Below, in pieces: positions 6,664-15,127 of a DNA stretch of 24,000 bases (positions within the stretch are counted from its first letter, which is position 1; each line of letters opens with the position of its first letter). The DNA comes from Methanolobus psychrophilus R15. Lineage in GTDB: Archaea > Halobacteriota > Methanosarcinia > Methanosarcinales > Methanosarcinaceae. The notes under the pieces are model-generated. The model made no database searches and was not told the origin of the DNA. It saw only the letters and a program-made list of their open reading frames with translations. The stretch is from positions 2,258,042-2,282,041 of the forward strand of contig CP003083.1 in the NCBI GenBank assembly GCA_000306725.1, in the 5' to 3' direction. The position numbers and the translations under genes are program-made.

Positions 6664-8325
6664 ATGGATCTGGAGTTTGAGAAAGCCATACAGAGAAATC
6701 CGCATCTGGGTGAATATGTACGGAAGTTCATGCGGGAGAACGGTGCTGATGAACCTGTTTTCATGGTAAAGCTTTCCAAGGACCTAAATAAGGAAAATGT
6801 AAATCTCATCCTGCCTGTGGGGGATCCTGTCTTCATTCACCTCTATGGCACTTCCGAACTGGGAGAGGTTCGCTACTACAGCATAGAGCCATTGTTGAAC
6901 GACCTGGAGAAACAAAAGTACGATATCATCCTGAGCATCATCCTTGAAAAGTCGGCTAACGAATCCCTGCCTGATTCCGAGAGCGAGTTAAAGGAACTAA
7001 TAATAAGGCTCCTTGACGAATCTGTTGATATCGGTGCCGGAGGGAGCATCGAAGCTGATGATAAGAAAGGCAAGTTCGATATATTGAGCAAACTAATACC
7101 TGTGCAGAAAAAAGTTCCTTTAACCCAGAATGAATACAACAAGCTGCTCTACCATATAGAAAGGAACATTATCGGTTCCGGTCCCATAGAACCTGTTATC
7201 AGGGACCCGTATCTTGAAGATATCAGCAGCATTGGCGTGAACAATGTGTTCATTGTCCACAAGATATTCGATACAATTAAAACAGACCTGACCTTCGGGG
7301 ATGAGAAAGGTCTTGACAACTGGCTCAGGAGCATGAGTGAGCGTATCGGCCGCCCTGTAAGCGATGCCCGCCCTATTGCAGATGGTGCACTGCCCGACGG
7401 GTCACGTATCAACATCATCTACAGTATAGATATCAGTAGACGTGGTAGTAGTTTCACGATGCGTAAGTTCAGTGAGGTCCCTGTCAGCATCATCCAGCTC
7501 ATCAACTGGGGTGCATTAAGTGCTGAAGCGGCTGCCTATATGTGGATGTGTCTTGAGAACGGTATGAGTGTCTTTTTCAGTGGGGAAACTGCCAGTGGAA
7601 AGACTACAATGCTTAATGCCTGCCTTGCGTTCGTCAATCCCAGGGCAAAGGTATTCAGTGCCGAGGATACGGCTGAAGTCCAGCCTCCCCAGCCAGTATG
7701 GCAGCAGCTGATCACGCGTGAGGAAGGTCCTGTGGATTCCAGGGTGGATACGTTCACTCTGCTCAAGGCTGCTTTGCGTTCCAGGCCGAATTATATAATC
7801 GTAGGTGAGATCCGTGGAGCCGAAGGTAACGTGGCTTTCCAAGGCATGCAGACCGGGCACCCCGTCCTGGCAACCTTCCACGCATCTGCTGTCACTAAGA
7901 TGATACAGCGCCTGACAGCTGATCCTATCAATGTCCCTGTGACCTTCATCGATAACCTTAATGTGGCAATGATATTATCCGCCGTCTATCGTAAGGGGAA
8001 ATTCCTTCGCCGATGTCTTGCCGTAGAGGAAATAGAGGGATACTATGAAGAAGTAGGTGGAGTGGTCACCAGGGCAGTGTTCCAGTGGGACCCCGAAACC
8101 GATAAGCATAGCTTCAGGGGCCTGAACAACAGTTACATCCTTGAGAACAAGATAGCCACTAAACTGGGTTATGAGGATAAGAGGCAGATATACCAGGACC
8201 TTTTCCTCAGGGCAAGGATACTGGAAGAGATGCGTTCACGGGGTATAGAGGACTACTATGATGTACTTGATATCATAGTGAAGTTCTATAAGCATGGCGT
8301 CGATGGCCTGCCTTTCAGCGTGTAG
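6664..8325 (+). CDS. flaI: Archaellum motor ATPase FlaI (ArlI), type II/IV secretion ATPase family
   Basis: 553 aa. Walker A is GETASGKTT. Walker B/Asp-box region is NYIIVGEIRG. His-box is LATFHA. GGTGAT SD at 6655-6660 lies 3 nt before the ATG. Confidence 0.93.
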   Translation: MDLEFEKAIQRNPHLGEYVRKFMRENGADEPVFMVKLSKDLNKENVNLILPVGDPVFIHLYGTSELGEVRYYSIEPLLNDLEKQKYDIILSIILEKSANESLPDSESELKELIIRLLDESVDIGAGGSIEADDKKGKFDILSKLIPVQKKVPLTQNEYNKLLYHIERNIIGSGPIEPVIRDPYLEDISSIGVNNVFIVHKIFDTIKTDLTFGDEKGLDNWLRSMSERIGRPVSDARPIADGALPDGSRINIIYSIDISRRGSSFTMRKFSEVPVSIIQLINWGALSAEAAAYMWMCLENGMSVFFSGETASGKTTMLNACLAFVNPRAKVFSAEDTAEVQPPQPVWQQLITREEGPVDSRVDTFTLLKAALRSRPNYIIVGEIRGAEGNVAFQGMQTGHPVLATFHASAVTKMIQRLTADPINVPVTFIDNLNVAMILSAVYRKGKFLRRCLAVEEIEGYYEEVGGVVTRAVFQWDPETDKHSFRGLNNSYILENKIATKLGYEDKRQIYQDLFLRARILEEMRSRGIEDYYDVLDIIVKFYKHGVDGLPFSV

Positions 8326-8334
8326 GTGAGCTTC

Positions 8335-9990
8335 ATGAGTTATGAGAAGGCTTTCAAGAACCTTGGCATGGAACCTCTGGTTTACGCAAAGAAATTTGCC
8401 TTGCCTATTGTTCTGTTTGGAATTGTGTTCGCCGTTCTCATGTACACGTTGCTTCCTAATCTCTTCGTAGGTCCTGCAAAATACATACCCATACTGGTAA
8501 CTTTTGCATGCGTTTTTTTCGCCTTTTCATATCCTCTTTCCATTCTTGCTGCAAAGGCCACGCGTATAGATAACAATATGCACTACTACATCACTCAGAT
8601 GGGTTCCATAGCAACCGCGGAAACTCCCCGTCTCGACATCATCCGTATCGTTTCGGAGAATGACGACTACCGTGAACTTGCGACGGAAACACGGAAAATA
8701 TATGATCTAGTGACCGTGTGGCACATGAGCCTGGCTGATGCCTGCAGGTTCATATCCAAACGTACTCCTTCTATCATCTTTGAAGACTTCCTCGACAGGT
8801 TCGCCCATGCACTCCAGTCAGGGGAGGATGTGAAAAGTTTTCTTTTTGCCGAACAGAACGTGGTCATGAACGAATATGAGTCCATGTACAATGGAGCCCT
8901 CTACGCTGTCGAGATAGTAAAGGAAATGTTCGTTTCCCTGGTCATGTCCCTTATCTTCCTGGCCTCTTTTGCAGTCATCATGCCTGTAATTACCGGTATG
9001 AACGCGGAATTGCTGATGTCTATTGTTGTTGTGGTCTTCCTTGTGACCGACCTTGTCATGGTTATGTTCACCAGGAGCAAAGTTCCTCAGGATCCGGCAT
9101 GGAACAGGTCTAATGCATTGACCAAGGATAAGCTCAGACTGTATCGTTCCATTCCCATCTCGATCGGCGGCTGTATAATTGTAGGTATGGCAGTTCTCAT
9201 GTATGGTAAGATCGAGACCCCTATCGCCGTTGCAATGTTCCTTACTCCTCTGGTTTATACGGGGCATGTTGCACGTAAGATCGAAAAGGGCATCCGTCGG
9301 AAAGATGAGAACTTTCCTGCTTTTATCCGCTCCCTTGGCAGCTCTGCAGGTGCCAGGGGAGGCCTGATCGATGATGCATTGAAAGCTCTGCGGTCTCACG
9401 ATTTTGGCCCTCTTACAACAGATGTCAATAATCTTTATAAGCTGCTGGCGACAAGGATTGATAAATTTGCTTCATGGGACCATTTCGCTGCAAACATCGG
9501 GAGTAATCTCATCCAGAGGTTCTCTGTAATGTTTGTCGAGGCAACTAACCTTGGGGGCCAGCCAGATGTTATAGGTGACATCATAGCAACAAATTTCCAC
9601 AGGATTGTCAACCTGAGGAAAAAAAGGACCCAATCCGCAAACAGCCTTGTGGGTGTCCTCTATGGACTTACGGGAGGAATTGGTTTTACCATGTACATTT
9701 CCCTCGGTGTCGTAGGACTGATGCAGGATATGTTCGCAACCGTGGAGATGCCTGCCGGTATGTCCATAGGTATGGTGCTGTACACTAATGTCGGGAACAT
9801 TACCACTCTTGAGAACATGGTACTTGGAATAATGATTGGCCATTCCCTGATGTCTGCCATTCTCATAAGGATAGTTGACGGAGGCCACATGCTCAGCTCA
9901 ACCATCGACTTTGTTATCATGGTGTGGATATCAGGAGTAAGTGCAATCGTGACAATGGCAGCAGTGTCCTCGCTTCTTGGGATGACTTGA
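8335..9990 (+). CDS. flaJ: Archaellum polytopic membrane platform protein FlaJ (ArlJ)
   Basis: About 550 aa with many hydrophobic helices. It lies immediately after flaI. GGTGA at 8325-8329 sits 5 nt before ATG 8335. The ORF track's 8326 start is a GTG that overlaps the SD. Confidence 0.88.
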   Translation: MSYEKAFKNLGMEPLVYAKKFALPIVLFGIVFAVLMYTLLPNLFVGPAKYIPILVTFACVFFAFSYPLSILAAKATRIDNNMHYYITQMGSIATAETPRLDIIRIVSENDDYRELATETRKIYDLVTVWHMSLADACRFISKRTPSIIFEDFLDRFAHALQSGEDVKSFLFAEQNVVMNEYESMYNGALYAVEIVKEMFVSLVMSLIFLASFAVIMPVITGMNAELLMSIVVVVFLVTDLVMVMFTRSKVPQDPAWNRSNALTKDKLRLYRSIPISIGGCIIVGMAVLMYGKIETPIAVAMFLTPLVYTGHVARKIEKGIRRKDENFPAFIRSLGSSAGARGGLIDDALKALRSHDFGPLTTDVNNLYKLLATRIDKFASWDHFAANIGSNLIQRFSVMFVEATNLGGQPDVIGDIIATNFHRIVNLRKKRTQSANSLVGVLYGLTGGIGFTMYISLGVVGLMQDMFATVEMPAGMSIGMVLYTNVGNITTLENMVLGIMIGHSLMSAILIRIVDGGHMLSSTIDFVIMVWISGVSAIVTMAAVSSLLGMT

Positions 9991-10013
9991 CTGAATAGGA
10001 TCTCGAAAAGGAA

Positions 10014-10053
10014 AGGAGTGTCAGGCCCTTCTGCCTGGTAGTGGAGGAGTGTC
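10014..10053. repeat. Direct repeat AGGAGTGTC (10014-10022, 10045-10053) flanking a small hairpin CAGGC-N6-GCCTG (10022-10037) in the convergent flaJ/dehydrogenase gap
   Basis: Read directly from the sequence. It lies in the 72-nt gap between two convergent stop codons. It may be a bidirectional termination or processing element. Confidence 0.3.
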
Positions 10054-10062
10054 TTTACCAGT

Positions 10063-11064
10063 CTATTTCCTCATCTCTTTTTTAATGTGATCTACAATTG
10101 CACAGGTCATCTCTTTAGTTGTATAGGCTCCGCCCAGGTCGGGAGTAATTATGCCCTCAGTAAGAGCAGCATCCACAGCTTCCTCAACGAGTGCAGCTTC
10201 CGACATGTGCCCCTGCCATTCCAGCATCATCTTAAGGCTCAGTATGGCAGCGATAGGGTTTGCTATGCCTTTTCCTGCGATATCCGGGGCACTTCCGTGA
10301 ACGGGTTCGAAGAACGCGTGGTTGGTGCCGATATTAGCGCTGGGTAGTAATCCGAGGCTGCCGACGAGTGCTGCAGACATATCGCTGAGGATATCCCCGA
10401 AAAGGTTGGTTGTGACTATCACATCGTATTTTTCAGGCGAGCTGATAAGTTTATAGGCCATTGTGTCCACTAGCTCGTCACTGTAGTCAACACCGTGCAA
10501 AGCCGCTGTCTCGCGGCAGACATCCAGGAAGAGTTTGTCGGATTTCATTACATTGGATTTATGGACAATAATGATCCTGTTTTTTCTTTCCTTTGCCAGT
10601 TTACAGGCGTAGGCGGCTATCCTCTCCGAGCCCTTGCGGGTGATAACTCTTTTTGTCCAGGAAGTATCCTGCCCGATTTCCTCTATTCCTGAATAAAGCC
10701 CTTCGGTATTTTCCCTGACGATCACGAAATTGAAATTACTTCTGTCAAGGATACCTCTCACAGTGGGCAGCGGCCTTATCGGGCGGATGTTGGCATACAT
10801 GTCAAGCTCTTTCCGGATGGTCAGGAGCACACTCTTATAGTTGGGATCAGGCGGGGTTGTGACAGCTCCAAAGAGTATGCAGTCACATCCTTTCAGGACC
10901 TCAAGATCCTCATCGGTAATAGCCTGGCCGGTCTTCTCCCATTTGCCATATCCCAGTTCCACAGGCACTTTCTCAACATCCAGTCCGAGCGCGTCCAGCA
11001 CCTCTACGGCCGCAGGGATCACTTCCTTCCCAATCCCATCACCCTCAATAACAGCAAGTTTCAA
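10063..11064 (-). CDS. Isopropylmalate/homoisocitrate dehydrogenase family enzyme (LeuB or methanogen AksF; context favours AksF-type)
   Basis: 333 aa. The family is marked by MKLAVIEGDGIGKEV at the N-terminus and FEPVHGSAPDIAGKGIANP. The start must be TTG (11064-11062), because an in-frame TGA lies three codons upstream. GAGGTGAT SD sits 3 nt upstream. I cannot separate LeuB from AksF by eye. Confidence 0.85.
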   Translation of the reverse strand: MKLAVIEGDGIGKEVIPAAVEVLDALGLDVEKVPVELGYGKWEKTGQAITDEDLEVLKGCDCILFGAVTTPPDPNYKSVLLTIRKELDMYANIRPIRPLPTVRGILDRSNFNFVIVRENTEGLYSGIEEIGQDTSWTKRVITRKGSERIAAYACKLAKERKNRIIIVHKSNVMKSDKLFLDVCRETAALHGVDYSDELVDTMAYKLISSPEKYDVIVTTNLFGDILSDMSAALVGSLGLLPSANIGTNHAFFEPVHGSAPDIAGKGIANPIAAILSLKMMLEWQGHMSEAALVEEAVDAALTEGIITPDLGGAYTTKEMTCAIVDHIKKEMRK

Positions 11065-11957
11065 TCCATCACCTCAACATTAGTTAAGAAGTTGTCCTGC
11101 CCCTTTAATTCCCTTATCAGGTCCCACACAGCACTGGCCACGAAGAACTCGGATGCTCCCCAGTGTACCACAGCGCCTTTGATACCCTTTATTGTTACAA
11201 TGCCTGACTTTTCCGAACGGCAGCATCTTGTTATAAAAGGCCTTGAAGGCTTAAATATATCCGACTTAAAGGGGCAGATATTCACAAAAGAGTAATCGAT
11301 CCCTGGAAATCTTGACTCGAAAAGGCTTCTCGATATTTCACATCCTACAAGTAGCGACCCATCCTCTGTGATCACATCGGAGTCAAGGCACTTACCATCC
11401 AGTCCCGATGAAGAGCATGGGAATACCGTTCCTTCTCCTTCAAATCGCCGCAGGTCTGTAAGGTTCTCCGAGAACTTCACTGCAAGGTCCCCGAACACCC
11501 CGCTTGCCTCAAGCCTCCTTATAACACTGGAAAGCCATGATGGCTCGGGTGGAACGACATCCACTATTTCGATATCAAGGATGGCTGATAGGTCCGGCTT
11601 GTGCACAAAGGTCACATGCATATCAATGCCTGTGAATATCACCGTGTTGACAATTCCCTTGCAGAGCTCATGTGCAGTTTCAATCAGAAGGGCACGGTCC
11701 TTGATGTTGAGTTGCCTGCCATACTTAATGATTTCCTCACCGCCGGCTATTCTCTCAAGAGAGCTGACATCCCGCAGGAGCTGGTCCCCTGTCTGGCTGA
11801 CCCGGTACAGAATGTATGTATCAGTCTCATCACCGCAGGAACAAAAGTTCTCTTCGATCATGTAGTCAGTGAGGAAATAGATGCGTCTGTCAGCGTCATC
11901 GGGAATGGGGTGAGTGACCCCCACATTCTTGTACTCTTGAGGAAAGATCATAGCCAT
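11061..11957 (-). CDS. Cys-rich conserved-looking protein of unknown function (9 Cys in 298 aa)
   Basis: This is the longest ORF in the interval. It is co-oriented with both neighbours. Its TGA overlaps the downstream TTG start (TTGA, 11061-11064). It begins 28 nt after the upstream gene's stop. Cys motifs are CSC, PCSSSG, GKC, GCE, ICP and RCCRS. I recognise no family. Confidence 0.6.
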   Translation of the reverse strand: MAMIFPQEYKNVGVTHPIPDDADRRIYFLTDYMIEENFCSCGDETDTYILYRVSQTGDQLLRDVSSLERIAGGEEIIKYGRQLNIKDRALLIETAHELCKGIVNTVIFTGIDMHVTFVHKPDLSAILDIEIVDVVPPEPSWLSSVIRRLEASGVFGDLAVKFSENLTDLRRFEGEGTVFPCSSSGLDGKCLDSDVITEDGSLLVGCEISRSLFESRFPGIDYSFVNICPFKSDIFKPSRPFITRCCRSEKSGIVTIKGIKGAVVHWGASEFFVASAVWDLIRELKGQDNFLTNVEVMD

Positions 11958-11985
11958 ATTGCAACTATCCGTATCAATTTAGATC

Positions 11986-12471
11986 TCATTCTTTTGCCGC
12001 AGCTTTCCTGTGCGCCACAAGTCCGCCATCGGTCAGTATTTCCAGCAGGAAGGCCGGTAGTTTGTTTCCATGACAGGTCCTTCCGTTGACCCTGACAGTG
12101 CCTTCAAGGAGGTTTATCTCCATCTCGTCCCCTTCATTGCACTCAACATCCACCTCTATCAAAGGAAGCCCCACATTTATAGCGTTCCTGAAGAAGATCC
12201 TGGCAAAATACCTGGCAACAACGCAGGAAACGCCTGCATGTTTAAGTGCAAGGGGCGCCTGCTCCCTGGAAGAACCGCAGCCGAAGTTATCTCCTGCAAC
12301 TATTATGTCACCTTTGCTGACCTTGCGGGGGAACTCGGGGTCAATGCCTTCCATCGCATGGTCAGCAAACACCTGCATGTCCGTTGTACGAAGGTATTTC
12401 CCGGGTATGATGACATCCGTATCGATATCGTTCCCGAAAATCCATACTCTTCCTTTGATTATGCTGTCCAA
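11986..12471 (-). CDS. hacB: Aconitase-family small subunit, homoaconitase type (HacB/AksE) rather than LeuD
   Basis: 161 aa. [29 protein letters not shown] matches LeuD/HacB N-termini. The substrate-loop reads YLRT (nt 12385-12396), which is the homoaconitase form in Methanocaldococcus; the isopropylmalate isomerase form is [14 protein letters not shown] is present. The start is TTG (12471-12469), with GGTGAT SD 3 nt upstream and an in-frame TAA five codons upstream. Confidence 0.65.
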   Translation of the reverse strand: MDSIIKGRVWIFGNDIDTDVIIPGKYLRTTDMQVFADHAMEGIDPEFPRKVSKGDIIVAGDNFGCGSSREQAPLALKHAGVSCVVARYFARIFFRNAINVGLPLIEVDVECNEGDEMEINLLEGTVRVNGRTCHGNKLPAFLLEILTDGGLVAHRKAAAKE

Positions 12472-12510
12472 TATATCACCTTGAATTTAGTGTAACAATT
12501 CTGTCCTCTG

Positions 12511-12518
12511 ATAAAAAT
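12511..12518 (-). promoter_or_regulatory. TATA-like box (ATTTTTAT on the minus strand) for the hacB operon
   Basis: It lies ~40 nt upstream of the TTG start at 12471. This would leave a short 5' UTR that contains the GGTGAT SD. Confidence 0.3.
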
Positions 12519-12560
12519 GTGTTCCGATGAATGCCTTGATAAGCAGATCATGGAACCAGG

Positions 12561-12582
12561 CGAAAAATGTAAAAAAGAAAGG
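12561..12582 (-). terminator. Oligo-T archaeal terminator after aglB (minus strand CCTTTCTTTTTTACATTTTTCG)
   Basis: T6 and T5 runs on the transcribed strand lie 12-35 nt downstream of the aglB stop (12594-12596). They precede the hacB promoter region. Confidence 0.45.
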
Positions 12583-12593
12583 TATGTGACAGA

Positions 12594-15104
12594 TCAGACC
12601 TCTATCACATTTCCATCCAGTACTGCGCGCTCACTGACACTTACCTGCTGGGTAACGTTCCCGTGACTTATCGTGTAAGCACCTGTGGGCCTTACGGCGA
12701 ACTGGGTCTCTCCCGGGATTGGTCCCTCTGTTGAATAGGGCACCGTGAAGGAGTACGTGCCATCAGATGTGGCAGACTGGGAGTAGGTGAATGACCTACC
12801 CTGGTTTGTCTGAATGGTGTTGCTGATGGTCACGGTCTCACCTGCTGGTGCCGTACCTGTAATGGTTGCGCCTTCGACATACTCGAATGTCTTGACGTAA
12901 CCTGAATCTGTCAGGGGCAGGTTGCCTCCAAAGAGCACGTTATACACGTTCTTGTATCCCGTCTCGCTGGTGTATCCTGCTGGTGCTGCAGGAGACTCAT
13001 GCACAAGGCGATATTGTTGCAGGCCGCTGCCATCAAAGATATGCAGCCTCGCTTCCATTGAGTCGTAGTACCTCTGTCCGGGCACATACTGGGAACCGCT
13101 GTCAGTCTGAACTGAGACATAGTAACCCTCCGTGTCCAGTGTCCAGGCCGTCATTGCATAGAACTTACCTGTTGCCATCTCCACATCGGAGATGATGTAG
13201 CGTGATGCAACTTTGTCCGGGTCCGGATGGATCGCATTAAGGACCGCCGTTGCTTCCTCTTCAGAAGGTGCTGTGAAGAATGGCGCAGCTCCCGGCCTGT
13301 TCTCTTCATCGATACTTACAGAGCGCCCTCCAATACCTGCCTGGAAGGGATTGGCATTTGGCAGCCGCCGCGCAATGGTCTCTATCTCATGCCCATAATC
13401 CCACCAAGACATCACTCCATATGCCGTGTCAGGATAATCAAAGCGTTCTCCACTTTCAGGTGCTTCGTATATCTTAAGGAAATCCATGCCCGGGTCTGGT
13501 GTGTTGGCTTCCATCCAGAAGAGCGAGTCAAGCCAGTAGCCATTCATTCCGCTGGCATACTTTGACTGCTCCATGGCAAGGCTGTAACTGGGATAGGCTA
13601 CGAGCAACAACAGCATGAATATGGTAATTAAATGGGCTACCTTTATGTTCTTGCTCAAGAAGCCGGGAATCTCACCCATGGATTTTACTTTGTCATGGTA
13701 GGCAGCTTCAATCTTTTTCCATCCGACAAGGTCAAGGACCTTTGCTGCGAAGTATCCTGAGAGTAATGCGACGTTGATTGCATAATAGTATGCAAAACGG
13801 TTCTGCCCATATATGGCAAGGAGCAGTATGAAGGTCCAGACAAGGACGAGCAGCTCTTCAGGTCTTTTTTCCTTCCTGACACTGTAGGCCAGCATGAACA
13901 CAGCGATTATTGAAATGAAGAAGCCCATGGCGAAGTTGTACCAGACAGAGCTGAGGGTGAACGCACCTCCGCGGTAGAAGATGGAGGAGACCTCACCGAT
14001 GGTGGAATGGCCGCCAGTCTTCACTGAAAATATAAAATCTCCGATGCCTGCTATCGAATTAAATATTGACGGAGAGGCTATTCTTATTGCCAGAAGCCCC
14101 ACCACTATTGTTGCGATAAGTGCCAAGGGGTAGTAAAAAGGCTTCATTCCCTTATCGATGAGTACTTTATAAACAATACTCATATACACGAAAGCAAAAA
14201 TCGCGGCAAATGCTGTTGCGACATGGAACCATGAATAATGCAGTGCATTGAAGCCTATTTCCCAGTTCACAAAAGGAAGGACAGGCAATAGTCCTACTAC
14301 AAACGTAATAATTCCTACAATTTCTAGATATTCAGTCGGTTTTTTGTTAAAGTAATCTACACTATACTGCACTGCTGCAAACACGACAATGATCATGCCG
14401 AACATGGGAGCGCCCGGCCATGTAAGCTGGTAGGCTGCATACATAAATCCTGCCAGAATTGCATATATTACTGGTCTGGTGGATTCTTTGTTCCTGTCCT
14501 GCAACATCTTTAAGGAAAGGTTCCTCTTTTTTGCCTCGATGAGTGCAAGCATGAAGAACAGCATCAATAATGTACTGAACAGGATTTCTCCCACATGATG
14601 GTCAGTGAAGATGATTGTTGAACGGTTAAGGAATTGTCCGGGAGCTATGGCTAGAAGAAAGGCTGCCAAAGCACCTGTTTTCCTATCCTTCAAATGTTTG
14701 CCTATATAGTACACAGGAATCACTGTAAGAGAACCCAGAACGGCAGGGAAATAAGCTCCAATTGTATTTACAAGACCTGTATCTGGATTCCCAAACCCTA
14801 TAAACAGCGCTGTCAATGCGATCATGTGATCGAAAAGGGGGCCGAAGTGGATGTAAGAACCATTAGGGAAATTTGTTAAAGGGTTGTATAACACTCCGTG
14901 AGGATAGTTATGTAAGAGCACTTCAACCATGCGCATGTGGTATAGGGGATCATTGCTGAATCTTACAAAACCGTTTGGCAGGAATACACTATCTGCAGGA
15001 CGTATGCGAATGATGAATGCAATTATTGCTGAAACTATGACTGCCAATAAGCATGGCCAGCAAGTTTTGTCTTTTATGGAGCCTGTTATTTTATCAAATA
15101 CCAT
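12594..15104 (-). CDS. aglB: Archaeal oligosaccharyltransferase AglB (STT3 family)
   Basis: 836 aa. The N-terminal half is polytopic membrane. The WWDYG catalytic motif (MSWWDYGH) is encoded at nt 13392-13406. The C-terminal domain is soluble and beta-rich. Confidence 0.92.
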   Translation of the reverse strand: MVFDKITGSIKDKTCWPCLLAVIVSAIIAFIIRIRPADSVFLPNGFVRFSNDPLYHMRMVEVLLHNYPHGVLYNPLTNFPNGSYIHFGPLFDHMIALTALFIGFGNPDTGLVNTIGAYFPAVLGSLTVIPVYYIGKHLKDRKTGALAAFLLAIAPGQFLNRSTIIFTDHHVGEILFSTLLMLFFMLALIEAKKRNLSLKMLQDRNKESTRPVIYAILAGFMYAAYQLTWPGAPMFGMIIVVFAAVQYSVDYFNKKPTEYLEIVGIITFVVGLLPVLPFVNWEIGFNALHYSWFHVATAFAAIFAFVYMSIVYKVLIDKGMKPFYYPLALIATIVVGLLAIRIASPSIFNSIAGIGDFIFSVKTGGHSTIGEVSSIFYRGGAFTLSSVWYNFAMGFFISIIAVFMLAYSVRKEKRPEELLVLVWTFILLLAIYGQNRFAYYYAINVALLSGYFAAKVLDLVGWKKIEAAYHDKVKSMGEIPGFLSKNIKVAHLITIFMLLLLVAYPSYSLAMEQSKYASGMNGYWLDSLFWMEANTPDPGMDFLKIYEAPESGERFDYPDTAYGVMSWWDYGHEIETIARRLPNANPFQAGIGGRSVSIDEENRPGAAPFFTAPSEEEATAVLNAIHPDPDKVASRYIISDVEMATGKFYAMTAWTLDTEGYYVSVQTDSGSQYVPGQRYYDSMEARLHIFDGSGLQQYRLVHESPAAPAGYTSETGYKNVYNVLFGGNLPLTDSGYVKTFEYVEGATITGTAPAGETVTISNTIQTNQGRSFTYSQSATSDGTYSFTVPYSTEGPIPGETQFAVRPTGAYTISHGNVTQQVSVSERAVLDGNVIEV

Positions 15105-15127
15105 ATGCTAACATCTCTTCTTTTTTA

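Noticed and set aside
8818-9888. Minus-strand ORFs of 193 aa, 138 aa and 86 aa inside flaJ
   Set aside because: Their composition is His/Arg/Cys/Asn-rich and typical of an antisense frame of a membrane-protein gene. They have no SD or promoter context. flaJ fully explains the region.
10063-12471. Reading the operon simply as leucine biosynthesis leuD-leuB
   Set aside because: The small subunit carries the YLRT loop of methanogen homoaconitase rather than the YLVY of isopropylmalate isomerase, so I favour the coenzyme B 2-oxoacid elongation pathway. The dehydrogenase alone cannot be assigned by eye, so its symbol is left blank.
11368-12495. Plus-strand ORFs (165, 162, 141 and 132 aa) opposite the Cys-rich gene and hacB
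   Set aside because: Their translations are Ser/Arg/Pro-rich and low-information. The minus-strand genes have recognisable motifs (hacB) or operon coupling with SD and overlapping stop/start (gene X). I treat them as antisense shadows.
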